Source: Candidatus Eiseniibacteriota bacterium
GTDB taxonomy: Bacteria; Eisenbacteria; RBG-16-71-46; CAIMUX01; VGJL01
Length of the DNA stretch: 64,000 nt
Reading direction: 5' to 3'
Assembly: GCA_041946735.1 (NCBI GenBank)
Contig: JBHGAY010000005.1
Span: 32,001-96,000, forward strand
Every line of letters begins with the position of its first letter. The stretch's first letter is position 1. A program made the translations under genes and the position numbers. Under the pieces are notes generated by a model. It did not search any database, had not been told where the DNA came from, and saw nothing but the letters and a program-made list of their open reading frames with translations. Positions 49,861 to 60,105 of this stretch are shown in pieces.

Positions 49861-51420
49861 CTACCGGGTCAGCACCACCCGAGATGCGGCCGGGGATCCT
49901 CCACGATCGGGATCGATTCGGACGAAGTAGGTTCCGGCCGGCAATATGCGGCCTCGCTCGTCCCGCCCGTCCCATCGCGCGGCGCCGTCCCGCAGGACCA
50001 GCCTCCGCAGGAGACGCCCCGAGACGTCGAGCACACGGACCGCTGCGCTTCCGCCGTTCTTGATCCCCGCTCTGCCGGCCTTGCTCAGGCGGAGGTCGAT
50101 GGCCGCCCCGGCGGCGCCGGGATTCGGGTAGCAGACGAGCGGAGCGTTCCCGGCGAAGAAGGAGCCGCTTCCCGCGCCGACGGCCGCGTTGCCGGCGAGC
50201 GCATCCCGCAGCGCGAGCCCATCCAGGCGCCCGCTTCCCAACTTCCCGATGTAGGGCTCGTTCTCCACGATGTCATAGATGTCGATGACGCCGGTGCGAA
50301 CCAGCTCCCAGAGCGCCTCGCTCTCCAGTTCGGGAAACAGCGACAGGAGCAGCGCGGACTGCGCCGAGATGAAGGGGGTGGCGAACGAGGTCCCGGCGCC
50401 GATCGCATACTGGCCGTCGTGGTAAGGGGCGAGAACGCCCATTCCCGGAGCGGAGACCGAGACGTGGGAGTGGAAGTTCGAGAAGTCCGCCTTCACGTCG
50501 GCGGAGTCCAGGGCGGCGACCGAAAGCACGTTCGAATCGGAGGCCGGGAAGTACTGAGGGTTTTCGAGATTCATGTTGCCCGCGGCGGCCGCCATCACGA
50601 CCTGCAGCGTATCCGCGACCTCGATCTCACGGTGGATCACGAAGGAGCGATTCGTGAGCCCGAAGCTCATGTTGATCACATCCGCTCCGTGCTCGGTCGC
50701 GTACCGGATCGCTTTCGCCACGTCGAAGGTCGTCCCGGTCCCCTCGTCATCGAGGACCCGGATCGGCAGGATCTTTGCCCCCGGTGCGACCAGATGGACG
50801 ATCCCCGCGATCATCGTGCCATGTCCGGCGCCCTCGTCGATGGCGCCGTCATTGTCGTCGTCGAGGCCGTTCGCGCTGTCCGTCGGGTCCGCGTCGTCGG
50901 CCACGAAGTCCCACCCATCCGGCAATACCGCGCCCTCGAGCGCCGGGTGCTCGGCAAGGATTCCGGAGTCCAGGATCGCGACGGTGACACCGGAGCCGAT
51001 CGTCACCTCATGAATCTCGGCGAGATGGAGGCGCTCGGCCAGGCGTTGATCAAGGTAGTCGTCGATGGTTCCGCCCACGGCCGTCACGACCATCTGCCCG
51101 GTTCCTTCCGGGGTCTCGTTCTCGTAGGAATACTCGCCGTCCTCTACGTCGGGGTCGTCGAGGAGCGCGTCGAGAAGATCGTCCTCGTTTCCGCCGACCG
51201 GAACTTGCAGGAGGTAGAGGGGCGGCAGCGAATCGAGGGTCGTGGAGCCGTAGCGGGCGTTGATCGCCTCGATCGATGCCCCGGGGACCAGCTCGAGCTG
51301 CACCTGCCCGCTCTCCCAATCCGCCCACGCGGCGGAAGAGAAGAGCGCGAGCGTGAGAACGCCTGCGGCGGCGCACCAACGGAGGACCGGGCGGCCGGCG
51401 ATCGGCATTGGTCGTTTCAT
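49861..51420 (-). CDS. Secreted S8 (subtilisin-like) peptidase with C-terminal FlgD-Ig domain
   Basis: RBS GGAGGAG; signal peptide; triad 'ILDSG', 'HGTMIAG', 'GTSFATP'; C-terminal 'YPNP...LDVSGRLL...WDGRDERG...AGTYF'. Confidence 0.9.
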   Translation of the reverse strand: MKRPMPIAGRPVLRWCAAAGVLTLALFSSAAWADWESGQVQLELVPGASIEAINARYGSTTLDSLPPLYLLQVPVGGNEDDLLDALLDDPDVEDGEYSYENETPEGTGQMVVTAVGGTIDDYLDQRLAERLHLAEIHEVTIGSGVTVAILDSGILAEHPALEGAVLPDGWDFVADDADPTDSANGLDDDNDGAIDEGAGHGTMIAGIVHLVAPGAKILPIRVLDDEGTGTTFDVAKAIRYATEHGADVINMSFGLTNRSFVIHREIEVADTLQVVMAAAAGNMNLENPQYFPASDSNVLSVAALDSADVKADFSNFHSHVSVSAPGMGVLAPYHDGQYAIGAGTSFATPFISAQSALLLSLFPELESEALWELVRTGVIDIYDIVENEPYIGKLGSGRLDGLALRDALAGNAAVGAGSGSFFAGNAPLVCYPNPGAAGAAIDLRLSKAGRAGIKNGGSAAVRVLDVSGRLLRRLVLRDGAARWDGRDERGRILPAGTYFVRIDPDRGGSPAASRVVLTR

Positions 51421-51495
51421 GTTGCGTTCTCCTCCGGGCATCGTGACCAGGATCGAATCCGATGACCAAGCATTATACATGGCGGGCTGCCGAGT

Positions 51496-54417
51496 TCATA
51501 CCGCCCCGGTGACGGCAAACGGCGCCCATTCCCAGGGATGCGGACGCCGTACGAGCGCCCGGCGCATCGCCCGACCCAGCGCTCGGGATGCGGAAGCGCC
51601 CGCGCCGAACGACTCGTAAAAGCCTTCCATCAGGTCGAGGGTCGATTCGTCCCCGACCGGCCAAAGGCTGCCGACGACCGTGGAGGCTCCGGCGCCGAGG
51701 AAGCCGCGCGCGAGGCCGACCCACTCCTCTCCGGCAGGAGCCGCCCCTCGCCCCGACGAACAGGCGGAAAGCACGACCGTCGATGCGGGCAGCCGCAGCC
51801 ACGCGAGATCGTGGACGAAGAAAGGGCCGTCGGCGAGCGCGAGGTACGAGTAGGCCGGGTTGTCGGAGCGCAGCGATCCGTGCGCCGCAATGTGGATGAG
51901 GCTCGCGTCTGGGCCGTTCTCCTTGAGTTGCGATGCCGTCGCGTCGACGTCGCGTCGAACGGTCCACCCCGGCAGGCGGGAGGACACCATCTCGATCTCT
52001 TGGCGCACGATCGGGAGATTCGGGGAGTCGACACCGCCGATCCAGGCAACCGGAGGCGTCGCGACCCGGCTGGACGCTTGGGCAATTCGCTGCGCGGGCG
52101 CCTGAGCCTGCGCGGGCGCACGCGCATCTCTGCCTCCGACTCCGGGGAGGCCTCTCCAGATTCTGGCGCTGGGGACGATCGCCAAGTCGCAACGCTCGAC
52201 GAGGTATCCGGAAGGATCGCGCAGCGCGTGCATCGGGACACGGTGCACCGCTCCGTGCGGCGAGATCATCCAGGAGCGGGAACGATCGATGCCCATCTCC
52301 TCGATCGGCTGCCACAGCAGCCGGTGGAGGTCGTGGAGGATCCGGTCCGCAGTCGAACGGAGAAGCTTGGCGGCTCCGGTCGTGCCGAGCGGGGCGAGCC
52401 GTCCCCGCCCTCCGGTCATCGCCGCTGCTCTCCACTGGAAGTCCAGCCGCTCGATCAGCTCGACGAGTCGAGCCGGCGTTTCGTCCGGGAGCCGACGCAC
52501 CGCGGCGCCGTGCTCGTCGATCACGACGGCCAGGGGGACTGTGCCGATGTGGTAGCTGACGAACCCCCACCCGGCCGGCAGGACGCTCGTGACGCCGGAG
52601 ACGGACGGAACTCCGTCCTCCATGGCGACTCCGCCCGGGCCTGCCGCGGTTCCTCCCTGTTCCTCCGCGAATTGCCGCAGCCCACGAGACCACTCCGACT
52701 CGGCCGTCCCAAGGCGCTCTCGCAGCGCGGCGATCTGCTCCCGTTCCGCCGCTGAACCCAGCTCCAGCCGGGCCAGACGCGCGTGGAGCCACGTGAGGCG
52801 CTGCCGCATGCTCTGTAGACGGCGGGACGAAGGAGTGTCGTGTTGCGAGAGCCCTGCCGCATGGAGGCCGCCAGGAGTCGGAAGGTTCCAGTCGGCCGAG
52901 GGAGAACGGAGGCGATCCCACAGTGCCTGGGCTCGGGAACGTTCCATGATCTCGAAGATGCGATCGACGGAGACGCTCCTTCTTCGCATCTCCAGAGCGA
53001 GGAGGCGGTCGTAGAGATGGCTCTTGTCCTCGAGGAAGGAGATCTTCGATTGCTCGGTCGGGATGCGGACCCGCAAGTCCTCGAGCTTGCCGATGGCCCT
53101 CCTGTAGCTCGTCACTGCCGCCGGCGTCGCGCCGGATCGCTCCTGAGCTTCACCGAGAGCCTCCAGGATCTGATACGCGGAGAGGGGATAGATCTTTTCC
53201 GGGAGCCGCCGGTGAAGTTCGCGCAGGCGGGTCGCGCCGCCGGCAGCGGCAGCCGGTCCTTGTCCCCCCCGCGCTTCCAGGCGGACGCGAAGCACCTCCG
53301 CCGCGGCCTCCCATCGCACGAGGCCGAGATCCGCGAATGCGGTCGCCGCACTCGCTGCGAGCTGAGCCGCCTCGGGCGTGTCCCCCCGGCGCGCGAGCGC
53401 CCTGCCAAGCAGCAGATCCATCAAAGCGACCCGTGCCTGGTTCTTCTCTTTCTGGAAGAGGGCGCGGGCGCGGCGGATCGTCCGGATCGCTTCGGAAGTC
53501 CGGCCGAGAGCGAGACGCGAAAGCCCTGCCTGGGCGAGTGCCGAGCCGCGGTCATACGCGAGGCCCGCAGCGGCGAACAGCGGAATCGCGAGCTCGCTCA
53601 GCTCCAGCGCTTCGGCGTGGAGGTTGAGCTGGTGATAGATCTCGGCGCGATTCAGGCGGCACGCGGCGAGAAAGGCAGGATGGTCGGTACGCTCGAAGTA
53701 CTCCGTGGCGCGAAGAAGCTGCGAAAGGGCGGAATCGAACTCGGCGCGCATCGCGTGAACGTAGGCGGCGTTCATGAGAGCTTGCGCGAGGAGCAGATGG
53801 TGTCCTGCCTCTTCGCACTCCTTCTCGATCCGTACGAAGAGGTCCAAGGCCTCTTGATCCCGGTCGAGCTGGGAGAGCGCCACTCCGCGGTTGATCTCGA
53901 GTCCGAGCACCGCGGCGTCACGAACTCCAAGGGATCGGAAGATCGCGGCGGCGCGGTCGTACTCCTCGAGAGCCGGACCGTAGCGATCCTCGCGAAACCG
54001 GCGGTTGCCGAGGTTCATCGCGAGTTTGGCGAGATAGGCGCGGTCGCCGGCCGCCTCGAGAAGACGTCGCGCCTCGCGAGCTGCCTCCTCGGCCTGGTCG
54101 AACCGGCCCATGAGCGCAAGGATGCTGGTGCGCCCTACGAGTAGTTGGCCCAGCAGCCCGTCGGCCCGCGCCTTTCGCCATGCGGCAGCGGCTTTTTCGT
54201 ACGAGCGATCCGCGGCTGCGAGGCGACCGGAGAAGAGCAGCGCCTCGGCCATCGCGCGGTGGCCCCAGCCAAGGGCGAGCGGGTCCTTCGAAGCTTGCGC
54301 CAGCGCGAGGGCTCGGCCGGCGATTCTCACGGCGGCCGGCGCATCGGAGTTGTAGAAGCGCGCGGCCTCGTCCCGCAGCGCCTCCACATCGGACGCCGTG
54401 GGGAGGGAAGGTTCCAT
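51496..54417 (-). CDS. TPR-CHAT (caspase-like) protease
   Basis: Long TPR array; CHAT motifs 'ISPHGAVHRVPMHAL', 'IHIAAHG', 'VLSACSSG', 'SLWPVGD', 'HPWEWAPF'. Confidence 0.92.
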   Translation of the reverse strand: MEPSLPTASDVEALRDEAARFYNSDAPAAVRIAGRALALAQASKDPLALGWGHRAMAEALLFSGRLAAADRSYEKAAAAWRKARADGLLGQLLVGRTSILALMGRFDQAEEAAREARRLLEAAGDRAYLAKLAMNLGNRRFREDRYGPALEEYDRAAAIFRSLGVRDAAVLGLEINRGVALSQLDRDQEALDLFVRIEKECEEAGHHLLLAQALMNAAYVHAMRAEFDSALSQLLRATEYFERTDHPAFLAACRLNRAEIYHQLNLHAEALELSELAIPLFAAAGLAYDRGSALAQAGLSRLALGRTSEAIRTIRRARALFQKEKNQARVALMDLLLGRALARRGDTPEAAQLAASAATAFADLGLVRWEAAAEVLRVRLEARGGQGPAAAAGGATRLRELHRRLPEKIYPLSAYQILEALGEAQERSGATPAAVTSYRRAIGKLEDLRVRIPTEQSKISFLEDKSHLYDRLLALEMRRRSVSVDRIFEIMERSRAQALWDRLRSPSADWNLPTPGGLHAAGLSQHDTPSSRRLQSMRQRLTWLHARLARLELGSAAEREQIAALRERLGTAESEWSRGLRQFAEEQGGTAAGPGGVAMEDGVPSVSGVTSVLPAGWGFVSYHIGTVPLAVVIDEHGAAVRRLPDETPARLVELIERLDFQWRAAAMTGGRGRLAPLGTTGAAKLLRSTADRILHDLHRLLWQPIEEMGIDRSRSWMISPHGAVHRVPMHALRDPSGYLVERCDLAIVPSARIWRGLPGVGGRDARAPAQAQAPAQRIAQASSRVATPPVAWIGGVDSPNLPIVRQEIEMVSSRLPGWTVRRDVDATASQLKENGPDASLIHIAAHGSLRSDNPAYSYLALADGPFFVHDLAWLRLPASTVVLSACSSGRGAAPAGEEWVGLARGFLGAGASTVVGSLWPVGDESTLDLMEGFYESFGAGASASRALGRAMRRALVRRPHPWEWAPFAVTGAV

Positions 54418-54435
54418 CGCTTGGGGAGCCGGTCC

Positions 54436-55137
54436 CTACTCGGGGTCCGAACCGCCGCTCGGACTTGCCGCCGCCGTTCCCAGATCGAGAGGGCCAACGA
54501 GGAGCGCCACGTCCCGCCACTCGATCCGGAGTCGCACTCCCTGAGCTGGGACCGATGGGAACCGGAACTCGCCCGTCTCCGCGAGCACGGCACGTCGAGC
54601 CCGGCCCCCTCGCTCCAGGAACACCTGCCCCGTCTCGCCCCCGAACTCGCCCTCGGAAGGCAGGAACTGGCCGCTGAGATCGACGCGTCCGCGCGCCCCT
54701 CGGTCGATCTGCAAATGCAGACTCCCGCGCGATGCTTCGAAGAGAAGACGCCGGGGTTGCATCGATGCGGCGGCCTGGGACCGAGTTCCGGGGATCACGG
54801 CCAACGTCCCGGTGTCGAGGCGCAGCGCCATCGGCACCCTTTCCAGCGCTTCGCGGGCGGTGGCCACGATCCGGGACGTCGTCCGGCTTCGGGATACGGC
54901 GCGGATCGCACCGGCCTCCCGGAGCGCGTCCATGGCGGCCTCTCGCGCTCGATCCGGCATCTTCTCGAGCGGCCCGGCGGCGAGCAGAGCGAGGGCCGTG
55001 CGGAATCCTTCGATCTTCGAACGGCAGGCGGGACAGCCTCCCGCGAGGTGAGACTCGATCCTCTCGCGCGCTTCATCCGTGCGCGATTCCCCCTCGCTGT
55101 ATTCCAGAAGCTGCTCGTCTCGAGGATGCGGCTTCAT
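54436..55137 (-). CDS. Zinc-finger anti-sigma-like protein with C-terminal beta-sandwich domain
   Basis: 'HPRDEQLLEY...ESHLAGGCPAC' ZAS-like motif; C-terminal 'ETGEFRFPSVP'; ATG overlaps sigma stop; no TM helix. Confidence 0.75.
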   Translation of the reverse strand: MKPHPRDEQLLEYSEGESRTDEARERIESHLAGGCPACRSKIEGFRTALALLAAGPLEKMPDRAREAAMDALREAGAIRAVSRSRTTSRIVATAREALERVPMALRLDTGTLAVIPGTRSQAAASMQPRRLLFEASRGSLHLQIDRGARGRVDLSGQFLPSEGEFGGETGQVFLERGGRARRAVLAETGEFRFPSVPAQGVRLRIEWRDVALLVGPLDLGTAAASPSGGSDPE

Positions 55138-55886
55138 TCGTGTCTCCCCCCTCGCCGGGTCGTCCCCGCGGTTCCGGTCTGGTCCTTCTGTTGACCAGAC
55201 GCGACGGGGAGGCGTTCTGATACGACAGCGCTGGCATCGGCGAGAATGCGCCGCATCTTCTCGAGACAGCGAGCGCGTGTCGGTCCGATGCTGCCGATCG
55301 GCAGGGCCGCGCGGCGGGCGACTTCCGCGTAGTCGAGCGGCGGATCCTCGTAGAAGAGCAGCCGGATCAGGAGCCGGCACCGTTCGGGAAGGCGGGAGAG
55401 CGCTTGACGCGCAGCCTGCGCCCGCTCGAGGGCGAGGTACATCTCCTCGGCGGGCGGCGCCGGGTCCTCGATCCGCCTCACCTCGTTCAGGCTCGACTCG
55501 GAGAGATCGTCGATCGGCGTCTCCTGCAGCTTCTTGCGCATCCGGAGGGTGTCGATCCCTTGGGTGTAGGCGATGCGGACCATCCACGGGACGATCTTGT
55601 CGAAGTCCCGCAAGTCGGCCAGATTCTTATAGATCGACAGGACGGCGTTCTGAAACGCGTCCTCGCGATCCTCCGCCCGCGTGAGACCGGCCCTGCGGCG
55701 AATCGTCGAGTAGATCAGGTCTCCGTATCGCCGGAGGAACTCCTCCCACGCGCTTTCCCGTCCCTCGCGGCATCCCCGGAGCAACTCCTCGACCGAAGTG
55801 GCAGCGAGGTTGCGGGGACGTGCGAGGGCCGGGAGGGCCAACGAGAGGCGAGCCTTCCCGGCGGTCCCGCCTGCCTTCCGGTGCAT
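55134..55886 (-). CDS. ECF-type RNA polymerase sigma factor
   Basis: 'AWEEFLRRY', 'EDAFQ', 'LPERCRLLIRLLF', 'PIGSIGPTRARCLEKM'; start approximate. Confidence 0.88.
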   Translation of the reverse strand: MHRKAGGTAGKARLSLALPALARPRNLAATSVEELLRGCREGRESAWEEFLRRYGDLIYSTIRRRAGLTRAEDREDAFQNAVLSIYKNLADLRDFDKIVPWMVRIAYTQGIDTLRMRKKLQETPIDDLSESSLNEVRRIEDPAPPAEEMYLALERAQAARQALSRLPERCRLLIRLLFYEDPPLDYAEVARRAALPIGSIGPTRARCLEKMRRILADASAVVSERLPVASGQQKDQTGTAGTTRRGGRHE

Positions 55887-56068
55887 AGCCGGCCAGGATA
55901 GCACAGCCGGCCACGAGGTTCCCTTCAACCGGGCGACCGGCGGTGCGGGTAGGCGCGGGCCCACGCGCTGGCTTCCGCGCGGGCTTCTTCCATCCACGGT
56001 CGGAATTCCTGGTATCAGCGGAGCCGCCCCGCCGTCAGATCCAGTGCAAGGGTCGCATCGAGGGGGAC

Positions 56069-57436
56069 ATGCATCCAAACGGCTCGATTCGAATCCTGAT
56101 GTACTCGCACGATACCTTCGGGCTGGGGCACCTGACCCGCACCGTGCGTATCGCGCGAGCATTGCGGGCCCGTTACGGGACCGCTTCGATCCTCATTCTG
56201 ACCGGCTCCCCCGTGGCGACCTACATGCCGCTTCCCGAAGGCGCGGATCTCGTTAAGCTCCCGACGGTCGTCAAGGCAGGGGCGGAGCGCTACCGGGCCC
56301 GCGACCTCGAAGTGACCTTCGGCCAGGTGAAGCGTCTGCGTCGCGATCTGATACGGAGGGCGGCCGAGTCGTTCCGTCCTCACCTGTTCCTGGTCGACAA
56401 CGTCCCCCTCGGAATGAAGGGGGAGATCCTGCCCACCCTTCGATGGTTTCGGGCATCGAGTCCCGGAACGAAGATCGCGCTCGATCTTCGCGACATTCTC
56501 GACGATCCGTCGGTCATTCGCGAAGCCTGGCGCCGGGATGGAGTGCCGGAGGCGCTCGACAGCCTCTACGATCGCATCTTCGTTTTAGGGGACTCGGTCT
56601 TCTTCGACTCGGCAGCGGCCTACGACTTGCCGTCGTCGAAGACCGTCCATCTCGGGTACGGCACGCCGGAAGTGCGGGCATCGAAGCGGCCCGGAACGAA
56701 GAGGACCCGTGCGCCTCGAATTCTCCTCACCGTCGGAGGAGGCGGCGATGGCGCGGGGTTCCTGGAGCGGGCGCTCCTCGGCCTCTCGGACGGCGCTATC
56801 GACGAAGTGTCGGGGCGGCGGCCCCGGGCGTCGGCGCGGATCGAGGTCGTGACGGGTCCTCTCATGGATCCGGAGGGGAAGCGGCGGATCGCCGCACGGG
56901 CGATGCAGATTGGCGCGCTCGTTCACGAGTTCGTGCCCGATCTGCCGGCGCGGATGTCACGGGCCGACCTCGTCGTCGCGATGGCGGGATACAACACCTG
57001 CTGCGAGATCCTATCCCACGCCCGGGCCGCGCTCGTCGTGCCTCGCCGGACCCCGAGGATCGAGCAGCTCCTGCGCGCCGAGGCGTTCGAGCGCCGAGGT
57101 CTGGTTCGAGTCCTCCCCTCGATCGAATCGGAGCCGGGCGAGATCGCCGCCGCGATCCGGCGGGCCTTGGAGCAAGGCCCGTGGATCGACCAGGGGCAGA
57201 TGCCGGTGGTCGGCGGGTTCGCGCGACTCGCTGAGGAGGCGGGCTCGCTCTGCCCGGAGCTCGAGCGCCCGCCGGCGGTCGTGGTCTCGCAGCCCGCGCA
57301 ACGCGCGCGCGCCGCGCCCGCCCCATCCCCGCGGGGTGGGGGCGCAAGCGCGCCATCCACGGGCGGCCACGACGTGTGGCTCCGGCCGGGGACCTCGGCC
57401 CGCATCCCGGCGGGCTCGCGCCAGTCGGAATCCTGA
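56069..57436 (+). CDS. Glycosyltransferase (GT-B, YSHD-GLGH type)
   Basis: 'MYSHDTFGLGHLTR', 'TVGGGGDG', 'MAGYNT', 'VPR..PRIEQ'. Confidence 0.85.
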   Translation: MHPNGSIRILMYSHDTFGLGHLTRTVRIARALRARYGTASILILTGSPVATYMPLPEGADLVKLPTVVKAGAERYRARDLEVTFGQVKRLRRDLIRRAAESFRPHLFLVDNVPLGMKGEILPTLRWFRASSPGTKIALDLRDILDDPSVIREAWRRDGVPEALDSLYDRIFVLGDSVFFDSAAAYDLPSSKTVHLGYGTPEVRASKRPGTKRTRAPRILLTVGGGGDGAGFLERALLGLSDGAIDEVSGRRPRASARIEVVTGPLMDPEGKRRIAARAMQIGALVHEFVPDLPARMSRADLVVAMAGYNTCCEILSHARAALVVPRRTPRIEQLLRAEAFERRGLVRVLPSIESEPGEIAAAIRRALEQGPWIDQGQMPVVGGFARLAEEAGSLCPELERPPAVVVSQPAQRARAAPAPSPRGGGASAPSTGGHDVWLRPGTSARIPAGSRQSES

Positions 57437-57444
57437 GGACCGCC

Positions 57445-58602
57445 GTGCGTGACTCTCGAACCAAACGGAACGGCTCAGCGGCGCGCCTCTCGGTGTGCCT
57501 CTCGGCGGCCTTCTCGGCGGGCCATCTCTCGCCGGCGTTCTCGGCGGCCCGCCTCCGCGCTGGCTGCCTCGCGATCCTTCTCCTCGCGGGAGCTCTCCTC
57601 GGCGCGCCTGCCGGCTCGAGCGCCCGCTCCTCCCCGCTCCGTCCATCGTCCTGGGGAGGAGAAGTGGCTTTCGGCTGGGATTCGAATCTGCTTTCTTCGT
57701 CCACCGCCGAAACGCGGGCTTTCGACACCGGCGGAGGGGACTCCTTCTTCGCCGTCGATCGTCTGGAGGATGCGCGCGCCCGTGCCGGCTTCTGGGGTCG
57801 CTGGGAGGTGCCGTCGTTCTACAAGAGCCTTCGCATCGAGGGCTCGTACGAACGCTTCGAGGCGCTTCACGAGTCGATCGTCGGGTCGGGAGTGTATGCC
57901 ATCGGGCTGCGCCAGAAGCTCCCCGATGGATCGAGGATCGACCTGTCCGCTGCGTATTGTCCCCAGATCTATCTCCGTCACCGGACGAACAAGGAAGCCC
58001 TCCCGGGCGAGCCGCAATTCCGTCCGGAGGCGTCGCGCCAGATGGAGCTGGAGATCGCGCACTCCCGGCCTTTCGCCGGCACGCGCCTGGAGGCTTCGAT
58101 CGACTACGAGACCGAACGGAGGATTCGCTGGTTCCGCGAACGGGACGAAGAGACGTGGACCGCCGGCCTCAATGTCGAAGTGCCCCTCGTCTCGTCGATC
58201 GATCTCATCGGCGCCGGGTTCGTCGGAGGCAGCCGCACCGTGGCGCCGAATCGCGAGCCTGGGCTCGACCGCTCCCATCGGCAGGCGATCACCGGGCTGC
58301 GCCTGAGCGCCGAGCCGGGCCTGCCGGCCGGTCCCTGGGAGATGCAGGCGGGCACCCGGTGGAAGTTCCGCGACTACACGACAGACGATCCGACCGACTC
58401 GAGCCGCTATCACCGCAACGACCGGATCGTCAGCTGGGATGTTCGCATCGGCCGTCCCATGGGCGCATTCGTTCCCTTCGTCTCCTACGAAGGGAGCTTG
58501 CGCCGGGTGCATCTGCCGTCCGGGGCACAATCCTCCAACGAGGAGGGGGAGTATGACGACACCCTGATCTCGCTCGGGGTGCAATGGGAGTTCTCAAGGT
58601 GA
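57445..58602 (+). CDS. Outer-membrane beta-barrel-like protein
   Basis: Signal peptide; 'GWDSN'; alternating beta-strand pattern; ends 'LGVQWEFSR'; start uncertain. Confidence 0.6.
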   Translation: MRDSRTKRNGSAARLSVCLSAAFSAGHLSPAFSAARLRAGCLAILLLAGALLGAPAGSSARSSPLRPSSWGGEVAFGWDSNLLSSSTAETRAFDTGGGDSFFAVDRLEDARARAGFWGRWEVPSFYKSLRIEGSYERFEALHESIVGSGVYAIGLRQKLPDGSRIDLSAAYCPQIYLRHRTNKEALPGEPQFRPEASRQMELEIAHSRPFAGTRLEASIDYETERRIRWFRERDEETWTAGLNVEVPLVSSIDLIGAGFVGGSRTVAPNREPGLDRSHRQAITGLRLSAEPGLPAGPWEMQAGTRWKFRDYTTDDPTDSSRYHRNDRIVSWDVRIGRPMGAFVPFVSYEGSLRRVHLPSGAQSSNEEGEYDDTLISLGVQWEFSR

Positions 58603-60089
58603 TTCAAAGGAAAGGCAACGGTTGCGCGCTGCGCATCGCTCCGAGGTCGCAGCCTCTCCGCGCGGTCCTTCTCGCCGTCCTGCTCTCCTCGATCGCGGGG
58701 ATGGCGGCACCCCTCAGGGCGTCGCTCGATTCGGGAAGCTGGCCGATGTTCCATCGCGATGCGGGCCACACGGGGCTTTCTCCCCTCCTCGCACCGGAGA
58801 TCGGCGTCATCGCCTGGACGAGATCGCTGAGCGACACGGTGGAGTTCTCCTCCCCCGCCGTCACATCGTCGGCGACGGTTTTGGTCGGTGACCAGGGAAA
58901 GGAGCTTTGGGCGTTCGATCTGTGGGGGAACGAGCGCTGGAACTACCACGCGCTCGGGAACATCCGCTACAGCAGCCCGGCAGTCAGGTCCAACGGGACG
59001 GTCTACTTCGGGGCGGGAGACGGCAAACTCTACGCGGTCTGGCCGAGCGGACGCCTGGCTTGGAGCGTGCAAACAGGCGCAGCCGTGAAGACATCCCCGG
59101 CGATCGCGCCCGATGGGACGATCTACGCCGGCAGCGACGATGGCAGTCTCTGGGCCGTTCGCGCCGACGGATCGGTCAAGTTCACGTTCGCGACCGGCGA
59201 CACCGTCCGCTCCTCGCCCGCCCTGGCAGCGGACGGCACCATCGTCTTCGGATCGCATGACGGGATGGTGAGAGCGCTTTGGCCCAATGGCAGCCTTCGC
59301 TGGGAGGTGGCTACGGGCGGCCCGATCAAGACCGCGCCCGCGATCCGGCAGAACCATGTCATCGTCGCGTCGTCCGATGGCTTCCTCTACGACTTCTCGA
59401 TCGACGGGACGTTCAACTGGGCGACCTACACCGGGAACAATCTCCGCTCCTCGCCTGCATTCGGCTCCACCGGGAAGATCTACCTGGGCGTCGACACGAA
59501 GATCTCCTGCTTCCACGACGACGGGAGCCCCTCGTTCTCTTACGAGACCGGAGCGAAGATCTACTCCTCGCCCGCCGTAACTTCCGACTACGACGGCCAG
59601 GACATTGTCCTCTGCGGCTCGGACAGCGGGTACCTCTACGCGGTCAAAGCGGGCACGCTCCTCTGGTCGTGCAACTTGGGAGCGCCGGTCCGCTCCTCGC
59701 CCGCGATCGGACCGAACCGGATCGCCTACGTGGGAGCCATGAACGGCAACCTCTACGCGATCGGGTACGTGAATCCCGCCTCCGCCGGCGGCGACGCCGC
59801 CACTTCGACGGTAGGCCTCGCCCTCAGCCCCAACCCCGTCCGAGGCGACTCGCCCGTTTCGATCCACCTGCTCGATCCGCGGGGGGCGGGTCGGCTCGGG
59901 GACGCGCCGATCCTGATCCTCGATCCTTCCGGACGAAGGATCCGTTCGCTTCAGGCTGCGGCGGGGGAGGGGATCGCCGTGTGGGACGGCCGGGACATGG
60001 CCGGCCGGCGAGTGCCGGCGGGAGTCTACTGGATCCGTGTCGGCGAGCTCGATCGACGGACGAGCACGCGTCTCGTCCGGATACCTTGA
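58599..60089 (+). CDS. Secreted PQQ-like beta-propeller protein with C-terminal FlgD-Ig domain
   Basis: 'WPMFHRD..HTG', repeated 'SSPA...G.IY.GS.DG.LYA'; C-terminal 'SPNP...LDPSGRRI...WDGRDMAG...AGVYW'. Confidence 0.85.
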   Translation: MIQRKGNGCALRIAPRSQPLRAVLLAVLLSSIAGMAAPLRASLDSGSWPMFHRDAGHTGLSPLLAPEIGVIAWTRSLSDTVEFSSPAVTSSATVLVGDQGKELWAFDLWGNERWNYHALGNIRYSSPAVRSNGTVYFGAGDGKLYAVWPSGRLAWSVQTGAAVKTSPAIAPDGTIYAGSDDGSLWAVRADGSVKFTFATGDTVRSSPALAADGTIVFGSHDGMVRALWPNGSLRWEVATGGPIKTAPAIRQNHVIVASSDGFLYDFSIDGTFNWATYTGNNLRSSPAFGSTGKIYLGVDTKISCFHDDGSPSFSYETGAKIYSSPAVTSDYDGQDIVLCGSDSGYLYAVKAGTLLWSCNLGAPVRSSPAIGPNRIAYVGAMNGNLYAIGYVNPASAGGDAATSTVGLALSPNPVRGDSPVSIHLLDPRGAGRLGDAPILILDPSGRRIRSLQAAAGEGIAVWDGRDMAGRRVPAGVYWIRVGELDRRTSTRLVRIP

Positions 60090-60105
60090 GGCATGATTTG
60101 AGGCG

